DNA of 64,000 nucleotides from Octopus bimaculoides (taxonomy: Eukaryota): assembly GCF_001194135.2 (NCBI RefSeq), contig NC_068992.1, positions 11,015,537 through 11,079,536 of the forward strand, given 5' to 3'. Both the position numbers and the translations under genes were made by a program. Positions 42,040 to 54,900 of this stretch are shown here, in pieces. Within the stretch, counting starts at the first letter, position 1; every line of letters begins with the position of its first letter. Under the pieces are notes generated by a model. That model saw only the letters and a list, made by a program, of their open reading frames with translations, made no database searches and was not told where the DNA came from.

Positions 42040-42450
42040 GCAGGCGTCTTTCAGTTTCTTATATTTTACTGCCCACAAGGGGCTACACACAGAGGGGACA
42101 AACAAGGATAGACAAACGAATTAAGTCGATTATATCGACCCCAGTGTGTAACTGGTACTAATTTAATTGATCCCTGAAGGATGAAAGGCAAAGTCGACCT
42201 CGGTGGAATTTGAACTTAGAACGTAGTGGCAGATGAAATACCGCTAAGTATTTCGCCCGGTGTGCTAACGTTTCTGCCAGTTCGCCACCTTTTCTTTCAG
42301 TTTATGTCAACCAAATTCACTCACAAGGCTTTGGTCAGCCTGAAGCTGCAGTAGAAGACACTTGCAAAAAGGGTGCCATGCAGTGGGACTGAACCCAGAA
42401 CCATGTGGTTGGGGAGCAAGCTTCTTACCACACAGTTATACCTGTGCCTC
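42040..42450 (-). mobile_element. SINE family A 5' half interrupted by a family B insertion
   Basis: ggcgtctttcagttt | insertion | tctttcagtttatgtcaaccaaattcactcacaaggc...cttcttaccacacag. Confidence 0.8.
42058..42292 (-). mobile_element. Near full-length SINE family B nested in family A with an 11-bp TSD
   Basis: TCTTTCAGTTT at 42047-42057 and 42293-42303 flanks a complete head-to-tail family B copy. Confidence 0.85.
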
Positions 42451-43035
42451 TTTTTATCAACGAAATAGTTCGTTTCTGATTTTACAGTAAAGTGATTTGG
42501 GTTTACATTAAACTAAAAAAAAAAAAATTGCAATGCGTGCGTGTGTATGTGTGTGTGGGTGGTTGGGGGAGGGTCTGTGTGTGGGGGTGGGGTGATGGTG
42601 GTGTATTTCTGTTGTAATACTGGGTAACTTGGCACAGAAAACAGACAGATCAATTTAACCTCTTACTGAAACAACTGTTGCGTTTAGCATACAAATGTTG
42701 TGAGGAAGAGGAAGAAAGAGACCAAGGAGAAAGGGGGGGATGGATGGTTTTGGTGGTGGTGGTGGTGGGAGGGGTCGGTGGCAGCAGCGGCGGCGGTGGT
42801 GGTGGCAGTGTTTTGCTAATGGTTGTGACAGAGTCAGTAAAACAATTGCCATCAGTCGTAAGAGCTACAATATTACCAACATCAATATTCATCATCAAAA
42901 CTGCCTGATCATGGAAAAAAACTTTCATCGTCCCCTCTCATCCTCCTCCTCCGCTTCATCATCATCATGAACATCACTGTTGTCATTTTTAGTATCATGG
43001 TAAAAGGGACTGTGCATATATGTGTGTGTGTGTGT

Positions 43036-43213
43036 CATCATCATCATCATCATCATCGTTTAACGTTCGCTTTCCATGCTAGCATGGGTTGGACGATTTC
43101 ACTGAGGACTGGTGAGCCAGATGGCTACACCAGGCTCCAGTCTGATTTGGCAGAGTTTCTACAGCTGGATGCCCTTCCTAATGCCAACCACTCCGAGAGT
43201 GTAGTGGGTGCTT
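43036..43213 (-). mobile_element. Family C retroposon 3' end with (CAT)n on the plus strand
   Basis: Closely matches the reverse complement of 4544-4697; runs into an N gap. Confidence 0.8.
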
Positions 43214-43316
43214 NNNNNNNNNNNNNNNNNNNNNNNNNNNNNNNNNNNNNNNNNNNNNNNNNNNNNNNNNNNNNNNNNNNNNNNNNNNNNNNNNNNNNNN
43301 NNNNNNNNNNNNNNNN

Positions 43317-43366
<50 letters not shown>

Positions 43367-43733
43367 TAGGTATATATGTGCATGTATGTATATAGATGTG
43401 TGTATGAGTATATGATTATGTATTTATGTATGTCTCTATGTAGGTACATACTAATTTTAGTACTTAGATTTGTAGACATATATAAATAGTAGCTATATAT
43501 GTGTTGCAGCTTTGAGTAAAAGCTTGTATATCTATGTATGAATGTGTGTGTGTGTGTGTATGTAACTGTTTGCATGTGAGTATACATATATAAGTATATG
43601 AGCTTAGTATGTGTATGCATTGTGTATGTGCATATATATATATATATGTACATATACTTGTATATATGCATGTATATGTATGTGTCTATATGTGAGTGTC
43701 ATTGTCTATATATATATATAGGTATGCAATAGG

Positions 43734-43776
<43 letters not shown>

Positions 43777-44371
43777 GTGTGCATATGTATATTTAGGCTT
43801 TGGGTTGTATATATTTGGGTGTCTAAGACTATCAGATAATATTTTCTTCAAACTCATACGAGTGTATATGGGTCTGTTTGATAATGTGTGCACTAATTGT
43901 GGTAAGCACTTGAATGGTCACAGGAATTCTGGTGCCAGCTTGAACTTTTGCTTATCACTGCTGAATTTGTAAGGAAAATTCCCTCCTCTTTCACCCCAGG
44001 ATCCTTCATCTCTCTCTTTTTCTTTGTCTTCTTTTCATCTTTGCCTGCTTCTTTAGTCCTCTTTGAATACATAAATAATTACGATAGCGATCTACGAAAT
44101 TTATTCTCTCAGATCTCTACCCTAATATATATTGCTAACAGCCCTTTAAATTTCAACGGCTCTTCAAATATACTGACTTGCTCTGCCGATGCTTGTCAAA
44201 GTGAATCGATTTGAACTGTTTTCTCTTCTGTTTGGAATCACCTGAAGAGAGCAGATTATTTTCATGATGTAATAGTTGTAATCAAAAAGTAATCAATAAA
44301 GATACTGCTGAAACAGTTGTTATGAATCTTCAAACTCCTTGTGTGTTCTTTTTTTATCTGTATATATATAT

Positions 44372-44758
44372 TTTTATTTGCTTCAGTCATTTGACTGCAG
44401 CCATGCTGGAGCACCCCATTTAGTCAAAGAAATCGATCTCAGGACTTAATCTTTCTAAGGCTAGTATTCATTCTATTGGTCTCTTTTGCCAAACCACTAA
44501 GCTACAAGACATAAACACACCAACATCAGTCGTCAAGCGATGGTGGGGGAACAAACACAGACTCACATATACATATATATATACATGAATATATGATAGG
44601 CTTCTTTCAGTTTCTGTCTAACAAATCTGCTTGCAAGTCCTGAGGTTATGGTCAGCCTGAGGCTATGGTAGAAGACACTTGCCCAAGGTGCTATGCAGTG
44701 GGACAGAACCCGGAACTAGGAGGTTGGGAAGCAAGCTTCTTACCGCACAGCAACACTC
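44372..44758 (-). mobile_element. Near full-length SINE family A
   Basis: Both halves and the internal AT-rich tract are present in reverse orientation. Confidence 0.8.
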
Positions 44759-44934
44759 ATATAACAAAACGTATTTAATAGTATATAACTTAAAGTTTCA
44801 ATGGTATGTAGGATAAGTTCACCTCATCACATGCTTAGCATATGTATGGGCGCAGGTGTGGTTGTGTGTTTTCTAATCACATGGTTCTGGGTTCCAATAC
44901 CACTGCATGGTACCTTGTGATAGCAACCATTATC

Positions 44935-45150
44935 ATCAAGTATAATTTGGCTGCAATACATTGATGACACTACAGCAAAAGTCTTCCCCTATGAAGCGCC
45001 GGTTCTCCTGCTGCCTTACCATTCTTGTTTAATCATCTGATAGTGCTCAAACATTGTGTTCTTTGCCTGGTTCTTGATCTACTCTCTTCCTTCTATGATA
45101 ATGTTTTGCAAACCTCTGTTTCTTCAAACATGGCTAATAATGGATGAGCT
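44935..45150 (-). mobile_element. Highly decayed RTE-like LINE 3' end
   Basis: Minus strand SHV*RNRGLQNIIIEGR resembles the RTE GH..R.....IIEG..EG motif. Confidence 0.4.
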
Positions 45151-45787
45151 TTTGTTTATATATACATAAATACATGTGTGTGTGTGTGTGCTTGCATGCA
45201 TGTGTGTGTGTGTGCACGTGCGTGAACACATGTGTGTGTGTGTGTGTGCACGTGCGTGAACACATGTGTGTGTATAAGTTAGTTTTATTGCCCTAGTGGT
45301 ACTAATACTAACATTTCCATTTGAATAGGAATTTCCCTGCTGACATGGGTTGGATGAATTTTCTGAGACAATATTTTATAGTCGGACATCTACCTGTCAC
45401 TAAGCCATGCAGTTTCCTTTTATGAAGATGACATTAATGGTGTCGTGCTAGTGACGTACATTGCTATATATCAGCAATAATGCTCAGTCAATGTCAGATA
45501 GCATGCAATCCTTATAAATGTGTAGCTAATTCTAAAGATAGTTAATGAAATCGCAAATCTTGTGTGAGTTTTCACAGTGGAATACAAGACAATTGAGTAA
45601 ATAAATAGATCACACTCTGCTAGTGTGATATTGAGTACTTCAGTAAATATGTGTATGTGTGAGAATTTGTGTGTATCTCTGTAGTTGTGTGTGCATTCAG
45701 AATATTATGTAGTTAAAACTAAATGTGTTTTAACAACATCTTATATAATTCTGGTAGAGCTTGAATGAAGAGATATCATTTAATATG

Positions 45788-45796
45788 CTGTTGTTG

Positions 45797-45843
<47 letters not shown>

Positions 45844-45976
45844 TTTATTATTGTTATTATTGTTATTCTTCTTCTTCTTCTTATTATTATTATTATTTTT
45901 ATTATTATCATTATTGTTATTATTCTTCTTCTTCTTCTTATTATTATTATTTTTATTATTATCATTATTGTTATTA

Positions 45977-46016
<40 letters not shown>
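45788..46016. repeat. Compound (TTA)n/(TTC)n array with internal higher-order duplication
   Basis: The block ttattattattttt-attattatcattattgttatt...ttcttcttcttctt recurs with a ~55-60-bp period. Confidence 0.85.
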
Positions 46017-46230
46017 GGTGGTGGGTAGGTAGAATCATTAGCACACCGAGCAAAATGCTTAGCAGCATTCTCTCTGTCTTTACGTTCTGAGTTCAAATTC
46101 TGCCAAGGTCAACTTTGCCTCTCATCTCTTCGGGGTCGATAAAATAAGTACCAGCTGAGCACTGGGGTTCATGTAATTGACTATCGCCTCCCCAAAATTT
46201 TAGGCCTTATCCCAATATTAGAACGGATTA
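46016..46230 (+). mobile_element. SINE family B, full length with (ATT)n tail
   Basis: aggtggtgggtaggtagaatcattagc...gagttcaaattc (B box)...cggggtcgataaaataagtaccag...attagaacggattattatt. Confidence 0.8.
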
Positions 46231-46831
46231 TTATTATTATTGTCATCATCATCACCATCATCATTATCCATCATCTTTAACAGCAGCAGCAGCAGCAGAA
46301 AAGTCAATTCATTCAATTGCATAACTAAATATATTTCCACTATGAATACAAGTGTATGTCATGTATGTTTTTTTTGTTTTTGTTTTTGTAATACTAACAT
46401 CCTGTATGTCTACAGTCACAAGCATTGTTGTTTTTATGTGCAACACATGTGAAAGACCTCAGATTTTCATTATATGTTTGTTTATCTTTCATTTTGTCAT
46501 TCTTAGTGTACTGTTAGTAGAATATGACACAACAAAGACAAGAAATAACTTGTTACAAAGCAAATTGACATGGTCATACTTTAGGTTTGACAACCTTCTA
46601 TAGTGAGTCTTGTGGATATAAATGAAGAAGGAAGCTTAAATGTACTGGCATGTGACCTTAACATAACAATAACTGAATTAAAGCAGTTGAGGTTTTGCCT
46701 TTTATGTAAAAGACACAGACAACATACACATGAATAAATACACACATATACACACATAGATGTGTATGTTTATGTATGTATATGTATATAAGTATGTATG
46801 TAGCAAAAATGTATATATATATATATGATTA

Positions 46832-46868
<37 letters not shown>

Positions 46869-47716
46869 NNNNNNNNNNNNNNNNNNNNNNNNNNNNNNNN
46901 NNNNNNNNNNNNNNNNNNNNNNNNNNNNNNNNNNNNNNNNNNNNNNNNNNNNNNNNNNNNNNNNNNNNNNNNNNNNNNNNNNNNNNNNNNNNNNNNNNNN
47001 NNNNNNNNNNNNNNNNNNNNNNNNNNNNNNNNNNNNNNNNNNNNNNNNNNNNNNNNNNNNNNNNNNNNNNNNNNNNNNNNNNNNNNNNNNNNNNNNNNNN
47101 NNNNNNNNNNNNNNNNNNNNNNNNNNNNNNNNNNNNNNNNNNNNNNNNNNNNNNNNNNNNNNNNNNNNNNNNNNNNNNNNNNNNNNNNNNNNNNNNNNNN
47201 NNNNNNNNNNNNNNNNNNNNNNNNNNNNNNNNNNNNNNNNNNNNNNNNNNNNNNNNNNNNNNNNNNNNNNNNNNNNNNNNNNNNNNNNNNNNNNNNNNNN
47301 NNNNNNNNNNNNNNNNNNNNNNNNNNNNNNNNNNNNNNNNNNNNNNNNNNNNNNNNNNNNNNNNNNNNNNNNNNNNNNNNNNNNNNNNNNNNNNNNNNNN
47401 NNNNNNNNNNNNNNNNNNNNNNNNNNNNNNNNNNNNNNNNNNNNNNNNNNNNNNNNNNNNNNNNNNNNNNNNNNNNNNNNNNNNNNNNNNNNNNNNNNNN
47501 NNNNNNNNNNNNNNNNNNNNNNNNNNNNNNNNNNNNNNNNNNNNNNNNNNNNNNNNNNNNNNNNNNNNNNNNNNNNNNNNNNNNNNNNNNNNNNNNNNNN
47601 NNNNNNNNNNNNNNNNNNNNNNNNNNNNNNNNNNNNNNNNNNNNNNNNNNNNNNNNNNNNNNNNNNNNNNNNNNNNNNNNNNNAGAGAGAGAGAGATAGA
47701 TAGATAGATAGATAGC

Positions 47717-47777
<61 letters not shown>

Positions 47778-49000
47778 GTGTGTGTGTGCATGGACGTTTG
47801 TATACATGTATATGCATATGTATATGACAACAGCATGAAGTTATATATATGGCAGCAGAACAAAGACATTTAAGTAGCATTTAACAAATGGTAAATGAGA
47901 GAGAAATCAGTACTGTTTGGTGAATACATGGTACTGATATAATTGGGAGAGCTGATGATTTTAAAGAATTGTAATATGAAGATGACTATCGGTATGATGA
48001 ATGAGCAAAAGAGAAGAAAAGACATTGGTAATGGCTACGTCATAGAATCAGAGGTTAAGAGAAAATAACTGAAGATATTTTCAGTTTTGAAGATAATGAA
48101 GCAAATATTTGACCAATGATAATATAGGAAACCAAACATTCTTTATTGTGTCAGTTGTTGCTGTACATTATCTAAGCTCTGATACAGAATTAGTTGAAGG
48201 TCTGCTGCCAATATATAAATCTGAAGTGAACAAAAACTTTTGTTCAAGGAAATGGTTTGACATATATATTAATGAAAGACACGGAGTACATTCTTGGAAA
48301 TAATTAAAAGAATCAAGCAATTTTGAATCATGACTATTTATATCTGAAAAATAATTATTCCGATTTACCTAAAAGTGCTTCATTAACATAAATCGGTGAA
48401 TTGGTAATGAACTGACTGAGTTGTTTGTTTGCTTTAAGCTGTTTATTTTGAATATCTGCACTCTGATTTCAAATCCCACCGAGCAAAAGTTTTGACTTTC
48501 ATTCCTTTTGGGGCTAATAAAAAACTGTACCAGTTTATGGCAGTGAATTGGTGGAATTGTTAAAGCATTTGATAGGAGATGCTTTGTAGTGTCTGCTCAA
48601 GCTGTGACGGGGGTTCTGAGTCCAAATCCTGCCCTGTCACCAAAAGACTTAGTGATCAGAATTTGTGACTGACAGGCAGCATCAGAATTTTGTAAATGAT
48701 ACAAGATAAAAGATGAAAGAAACATATTTAATACGTTCATGAATACTCAGACATGGGAATACTTTGCGTTATGGAAATAGTCCTGGGAGGAGATTCTTCT
48801 CACAGACAAAAATGTGAGAACACATTAGGCTATGAATAATGTCATTGGATCCTAGAACACAAACGTTTCTGTGTTTTTGTGCATCATCAGCTGCGGATAT
48901 TGAATACATCTTTCACAATTGCATAAGAATGATATTTCTTATTCATAGAAACAGTAAATAATACATTTACTGAACTCTGTAAAGTTTGTTAAAGATGGAA

Positions 49001-49675
49001 TTAACCTTTTGTCACCATATTTCAGCTGAAATATTCTGTCTCTGCTTCAATTAGTTATTAAAATAATGAAGAATTTAGTCAAATAACTTGCACTACTAAT
49101 TCTTTTATTCTGTTATTCCTTTACTTGTTTCATTCATTTGACTGTGGCCATGCTGGAGCACCGCCTTTAGTCGAACAAATCGACCCGTAAGCCTGGTACT
49201 TATTTTATTGGTCACTTTTGCCAAACCCCTAAGTTATGGGGACGTAAACACACCAATATTGGTTGTCATGCGATGGGAGGGGAGGGGGACAAACACAGAC
49301 ATGCAATCATATACACACACCTACATATATACATATATATATATAAATATATATATGACAAACTTTTTCAGTTTCCGCCTACCAAATCCAAACCCAAGGC
49401 TTTGGTCAGCCCGAGGCTATAGTGGAAGACATTTGCCCAAGATGCCACACAGTAGGACTGAACCCAGAACCATGTGGTTGGGGAGCAACCTAAAATAACT
49501 CCTGCACCTAAAATAACTGGCATTACTAATTCTTTTATTCTTTTATACTGGATTTTTTGAATTTAAATTAATATGAAATTTTGATTAGAGTTTTTAATTT
49601 AGGGAACATTAAAACAGAAAGCTCATATTATAAGACCAGGACCAGTCTCATACTAGGTGGCATCAAAAAGGTTAA
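49001..49675. mobile_element. Non-autonomous piggyBac-like element containing a nested SINE
   Basis: TTAA|CCTTTTG at 49001 and CAAAAAGG|TTAA at 49675. The internal SINE is bracketed by a 30-bp direct repeat. Confidence 0.65.
49111..49490 (-). mobile_element. SINE family A nested in the piggyBac-like element
   Basis: Both halves present in reverse orientation. aaataacttgcactactaattcttttattc (49081-49110) recurs at 49511-49540 with 2 mismatches. Confidence 0.85.
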
Positions 49676-50420
49676 ATAGTTTCCTTGGTTCCTTCAAAGA
49701 TCAACTGCCACCACTACACCATAATTTATAGAAATATAAGTTGTAAATGATGACATGTTGAAATGCATTGCTAAAATAATATTCTAGTTCGTAAAACTGT
49801 CTCAGGACCAAATTGCTTGGCATTTAATTACCAAAGTTATATTTAGATGTAGACTGACCAGACTTTCCTAAACAGAAATTATTTATTTGCTGTGTGGTAC
49901 ATTAAGTAATTATTATCATACAGATATTGTCAAACCTTTACCCACGATTGAAAAGCTTTAAATAAATAAACACATTGTATGCAATCTGTCTGGATATCAT
50001 ATGTGACCTTGACTGCATTAAAACTGTATGAGAACCAATGAGATTGAAATTGCCATATTCTTATTTCTTCATGTCCTTATATTTCTTTAGGGAATTATAA
50101 ATATATATTATTTTACAGAGACATTATATACAGGCATATATATACATAATTAATTATTTTACATAACATAACACTAATGAAAGTTCTGAAGTACTGCATA
50201 CTGATTGTCTGTTTGTTATTTAACCTGACCACGTTCTAAACTTTCTATATCAAACCAAGCAGAGATGAAATGATTATCTTCCTGAAGCTAAGTTATGATG
50301 ACTATCTACAGGAGCTAAATGAATAATAGCAAGAGTAATAATGATGATAAGGATAATGATGATGATGACAATGATGATGATGATGACAATAATAATAATA
50401 ATAATGATAACGATGACCCA

Positions 50421-50690
50421 TTGTGGTGCACAAAAGTGACAGCTGCTCCTTAGATAATTGGTGCACTTGGCACAGAACCCAAAACTGCTAACTAAAAGGT
50501 TGAAGGGTATTGGAAATGGGATACACATTGTCAGCCTGCAGACATGCAACATCCTGTATTCTCTACAAGAATCCTAAGAAAGATTCTTGAGATCTGAAGA
50601 GACTTGTTGTCACCAAGCATCAGGTTAACATACCAGTTAATTAAACAGCAAATAACAACTTCAATTGACAATAACAATAACAGTAGTAGT
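50421..50690 (+). mobile_element. Third R4/Dong-like REL C-terminal fragment
   Basis: LWCTKVTAAP*IIGALGTEPK...TRILRKILEI* (stop 50595-50597). (ATG/AAT)n array upstream and AAC/AAT-rich tail into (AGT)n downstream. Confidence 0.75.
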
Positions 50691-50849
50691 TAGTAGTAAT
50701 AGTAGTAGTCAGTAGTAGTAGTGGTAGTAGTAGTAGTAGTAGTAGTAGTCAACTCAAAGAAAAGGAAAAGCACTTTGTACTGGGAAGCGTAAAATGAATG
50801 ACATTTATATAAATAATGGATGCCTGTTGTACAATTCTTTCAGTTCTTT

Positions 50850-51130
50850 TCTGTTATTCTTTTATTCTTTTATTTCTTTCAGTCATTTGACTGCGACCAT
50901 GCTGGAGCACCGCCTTTAGTCGATCAAATCGACCCCAGGACTTATTCTTTGTAAGCCTNNNNNNNNNNCTGGAGCACCGCCTTTAGTCGATCAAATCGAC
51001 CCCAGGACTTATTCTTTGTAAGCCTAGTACTTATTCTATTGGTCTCTCTTGCCGAACCGCTAAGTGACGGGGACGTAAACACACTAGCATTGGTTGTCAA
51101 GCGATGTTGGGGGACAAACACAGACACACA
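50850..51130 (-). mobile_element. SINE family A 3' half, with an artefactual 57-bp duplication across a 10-N gap
   Basis: 50902-50958 is identical to 50969-51025 on either side of N10. Confidence 0.85.
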
Positions 51131-52611
51131 AACATATACATATATATATATATGTCTAAACTGTCCAACCCATGCCAGTATGGAAACCGAACGTTGATGA
51201 TGATGATGGAAGACTATAGACTCAAAACGTAAAAGACTTTTCCATTTTCCCAGGTTTTTTTGTGCAGTTTGTTCAGCAAGAAATTGCAGAACTGTCTTTC
51301 TTGGACTACAAGAGACTACTATCATTATATGTGTGTGTGTGTTTGTGTTTGTGAGTAGACATCACGTGATGGTTGAACATACAAGCAAGGTTGTTTGTTT
51401 TCAATCTTTTTCTGTGTAAAACATGTCTGGCTGTGGGGAATATATTATCTTGCTTGGAAACAAGTGAGAGATGGTAGCAGAAAGGGTATCTGGCTGCAGA
51501 AAATCTGCTTCAACAAATTCTGTCTGGAAAAGTGGACTTTAAATGATGTTGATGATATATGCATTTAATTCATATTGCATATGTACCATTTATCTTCTGT
51601 CCAAAAACAATGAATTGCACTGGATATGATTTGAGAGCCTCAGTAGTTCTGATAAGTTAGTTACAGAGCTGGTTCAACTTTTATAGCCACTGTTAAGGAA
51701 TTGTTTTTTCTGAGAATGCCTCGTCATAATCGTATATTCTACTAGAGCTAGCAACTAAATCTCCCTCATATTACACTCTACCAGCCTAAAAATGAAAGGA
51801 CATGTAGAATAATACAATGACACATACAGTGTTCTCGAAAAAAAAAGACAGAATTGTTATAGCTTGAATGCTTTTGATCATAGGCCTGGTTGATCTGAGA
51901 TGACCTGGGGTTAAACGATCGCATAAACAACCAAGAAACATTTAGATGTTTGTTGCTTTTAACTATTCAATGCATTGAAATCAAATTAGTGAGTTAGTCA
52001 GTGTAGCAAGAGAGTTGTAGCTGTTTTTAAAAATATATAGAAGCATTCATATTACCACAATGTGTTTGTCTGTAAGTAGACATTGAGTAGCCTTACCCTT
52101 CCTCAGCCTTACCCTCCCTCAGCCTTACCATCCCTCTCTCACACCTTCTTCTCTCTTTCTCCTCCACATTATTAATAAATTTATACTAACAACTAATGAA
52201 ACATTTGTGATTTATTGCTTCACATGGATAGAATTTATTTTAATTCATTTATAAACTATAAATCATCTCACATCAGAGATTATCTTGGGAGTCACATAAT
52301 ATTAGTGCTGTCTATTTAAAACACACAAACACACACATGCTCACGTACTAATGCCTTATATTGTCACAAGGTTAAACATTTTGAAGGTGGGTACAGTTAA
52401 TTAAATTGACCTCCAGAACTTACTCATTTCATTGACACCAGGAGGATAAAAAGCAAAATAAACCCTACTAGGACTTGAACTCTGAACCTGATGTTTTGAA
52501 AAGGATGTAACTAGACATTTAAAAGAAGGCTATCCAACAGTCTTCTGATTTTAACTTGCATTGTGTTTTTTTTTCATATATATGTATCCATGTTAATATA
52601 TATATATATTC

Positions 52612-52830
52612 TTTTATTCTTTTACTTGTTTCAGTCATTTGGCTGTGGCCATGCTGGAGCACTGCCTTTAGTCGAGCAAATCGACCCCAGGACTTATTCT
52701 TTGTAAACCTAGTACTTATTCTATTAGTCTCTTTTTCTGAACTGCTACGTTATGGGGACATAAACACATCTGCAACGATTGTAAAGCAATGTTGGTGGGG
52801 GACAAACACAGACACACAAACATATACACA
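52612..52830 (-). mobile_element. SINE family A 3' half
   Basis: ttttattcttttacttgtttcagtcatttggctgtggccatgctggagcac...gacaaacacagacac. Confidence 0.85.
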
Positions 52831-53222
52831 CCCATACATATATATATATACTGAAAGGTAGATGCAGACGATATCCATAGTCTCACTTGATCATGCTTGG
52901 GAATCCAGATGGTTGCTCCTGATGGAACCCTATGAGGGAGAGGCCCAAGGTCCCTATTCCCAATATTTGGATGATTCACTGATTACGAAGGAGTTATGAC
53001 TAGAATAAAAGACATGCTGATAGTCTATTGCTTCCCGAAACTGAACTGCAAGGGATTGGGGGATGATTTTTTGCCTCATTTTTAAAATGTACATCTTTTA
53101 AATGTACATGGGTGTAACTACATGTTCCAGATTAGATTCTAGTTTGAGGATTGGACAGCAGTTAGAGTCATGGGATGCAGGAGTGGTCAAATCAAACCTT
53201 TTTCACTACTACTCTCTCTCCC

Positions 53223-53265
<43 letters not shown>

Positions 53266-53789
53266 CTCTATCTCTCTATCTATCTCTCTATCTATCTATC
53301 CATCCATTCATCCATCCATCCATCCATCTATCTATCTATCTATCTATCTATCAATCAATCTATCTATCTACATGATACATTTTATATAATCCTTTGTCCC
53401 ATTTCTCTTTTTAGGTAACTATACATGTACATCTTAAGCTTTTGTAACATGTTGTTACATGTATGGATGAATTTTGGTTGCATAATAAAAGAGCGAATTA
53501 TCATCATCATCATCATTGATATTATTACATTTGTGTTTTGGCTTAGACATTTCTTGGAGGGTTCCAAAAAAATTCGGTATTATCAAGCTTTGCTGGATGA
53601 AATTTTTTCTTAGGTGGATTACAAACTTAGAATAACAACTTAGAAATATTGTCTCTCCCAATGCCTAAAGTAGACAAAAGGTCTATTTTAAAGACAATAT
53701 TTTATTTTTTTTAACAATTTTTCTTATGTTTACAATCTATTCAATATGGCTTCCCCAAGTAGCTCAAATAAGGGATGATAACAAGAAAA

Positions 53790-54900
53790 GAAGTGAAAGC
53801 GGATGTGCATCCTCAGAAGAAAATTATGACATAATTGTTGAATACACCAAGAAGAAATTTTGATAAAATGTTGAATGGATTTCAAAAAAAGATAAACAGA
53901 AGAAAAACACAATGAAGCAAATAGATATACACACAAGCATAAAATGTCGCAACTGATAGCCATGGGCACAAATGTCATGCATAAACAGATGTTCTAGCAA
54001 CAATGATACAAACTTAGGTGATATTAACAAAAGTATTAATAACTTCTTTGCTTGCATCACAAGTAAAAGGGATGTTTCAGATATGGGTTCAATTCAGTGA
54101 AAGAAAGGGAATGGCAACAGTATGTTACAAAGGTGTGTACCTTCTTGCTTGTTATATAACAACAGGCAAGGAGGAAAGTAATATGTCGCTGTTTGAAAAT
54201 GCCTGAGGAGATTTCCACATGTTCTTAAGGAAAACCTTTGATTATATGTGGCACGTATAATTTCAAAGAGAAGGGACATATTTGGAGATGTTTGCTTGGT
54301 TTTTAAAGTGACGTTGAGACACAAAAACAGGTTAGACCGCAACTGTCCAGTAGTTCGTGTTTTAATGTATAGGATGACCTGACATGAAAGTCACAGCAAA
54401 GGATGGTGGCAATGTTGATTTGGCTCACCATTATCTTTATGGCAGCACAGTTTGAACAGGTGGTGAATGCTGAGGTGACATAGAATGACATGTTGGCATG
54501 TAGGGGGGAAGCACTATCATGCTGTCACCCCACCACCATCACCACCACCACCACCATGGAAGCATCATCTCATAACTATACTTCATTGGAAGAAAAGTGA
54601 TGAGTGTTGGTGTAAGACAGGAAGTTCAGCTGATACATGGGTTGCAGTAAGAGGCAGTTGTGAGTTTTTATATAAAGGAATTAGAAAACTGACAAAAGAG
54701 AGAAGCAGACAGCAGCAGAAGCATGAGCAACAATAATAAGAACAGAGGCTCCAAGACACTAAAGTTTCCGGAATATCATTTGCTGCCGCTCCAGGAATAA
54801 TGGAAGAAATCCCCTTGTCTTCAATGCCAGAAGCTGACAATTAGGTTTAGTCTTTGGAAACCAGTGCTACCGTCTTTGACAATGGGATGGAGATGGAGAA
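53790..54900 (+). pseudogene. Decayed gag-like ORF1 of a non-LTR retrotransposon
   Basis: Purine-rich, protein-like fragments broken by stops and frameshifts (ASSEENYDIIVEYTKKKF**NVEWISKKDK; IWVQFSERKGMATVC). A degenerate CCHC knuckle GKPLIICGTYNFKEKGHIWRC (54229-54291) is followed by a Pro-rich low-complexity tail. Confidence 0.5.

Noticed and set aside
42650-42970. Gly/Pro-rich ORFs
   Set aside because: Derived from (GGT)n, (GGC)n and (CAT)n low-complexity sequence.
52089-52136. 3 x 16-bp tandem (agccttacccttcctc) with a G-rich opposite strand
   Set aside because: Small minisatellite; long loops make a stable G-quadruplex doubtful, and it is not telomeric TTAGGG.
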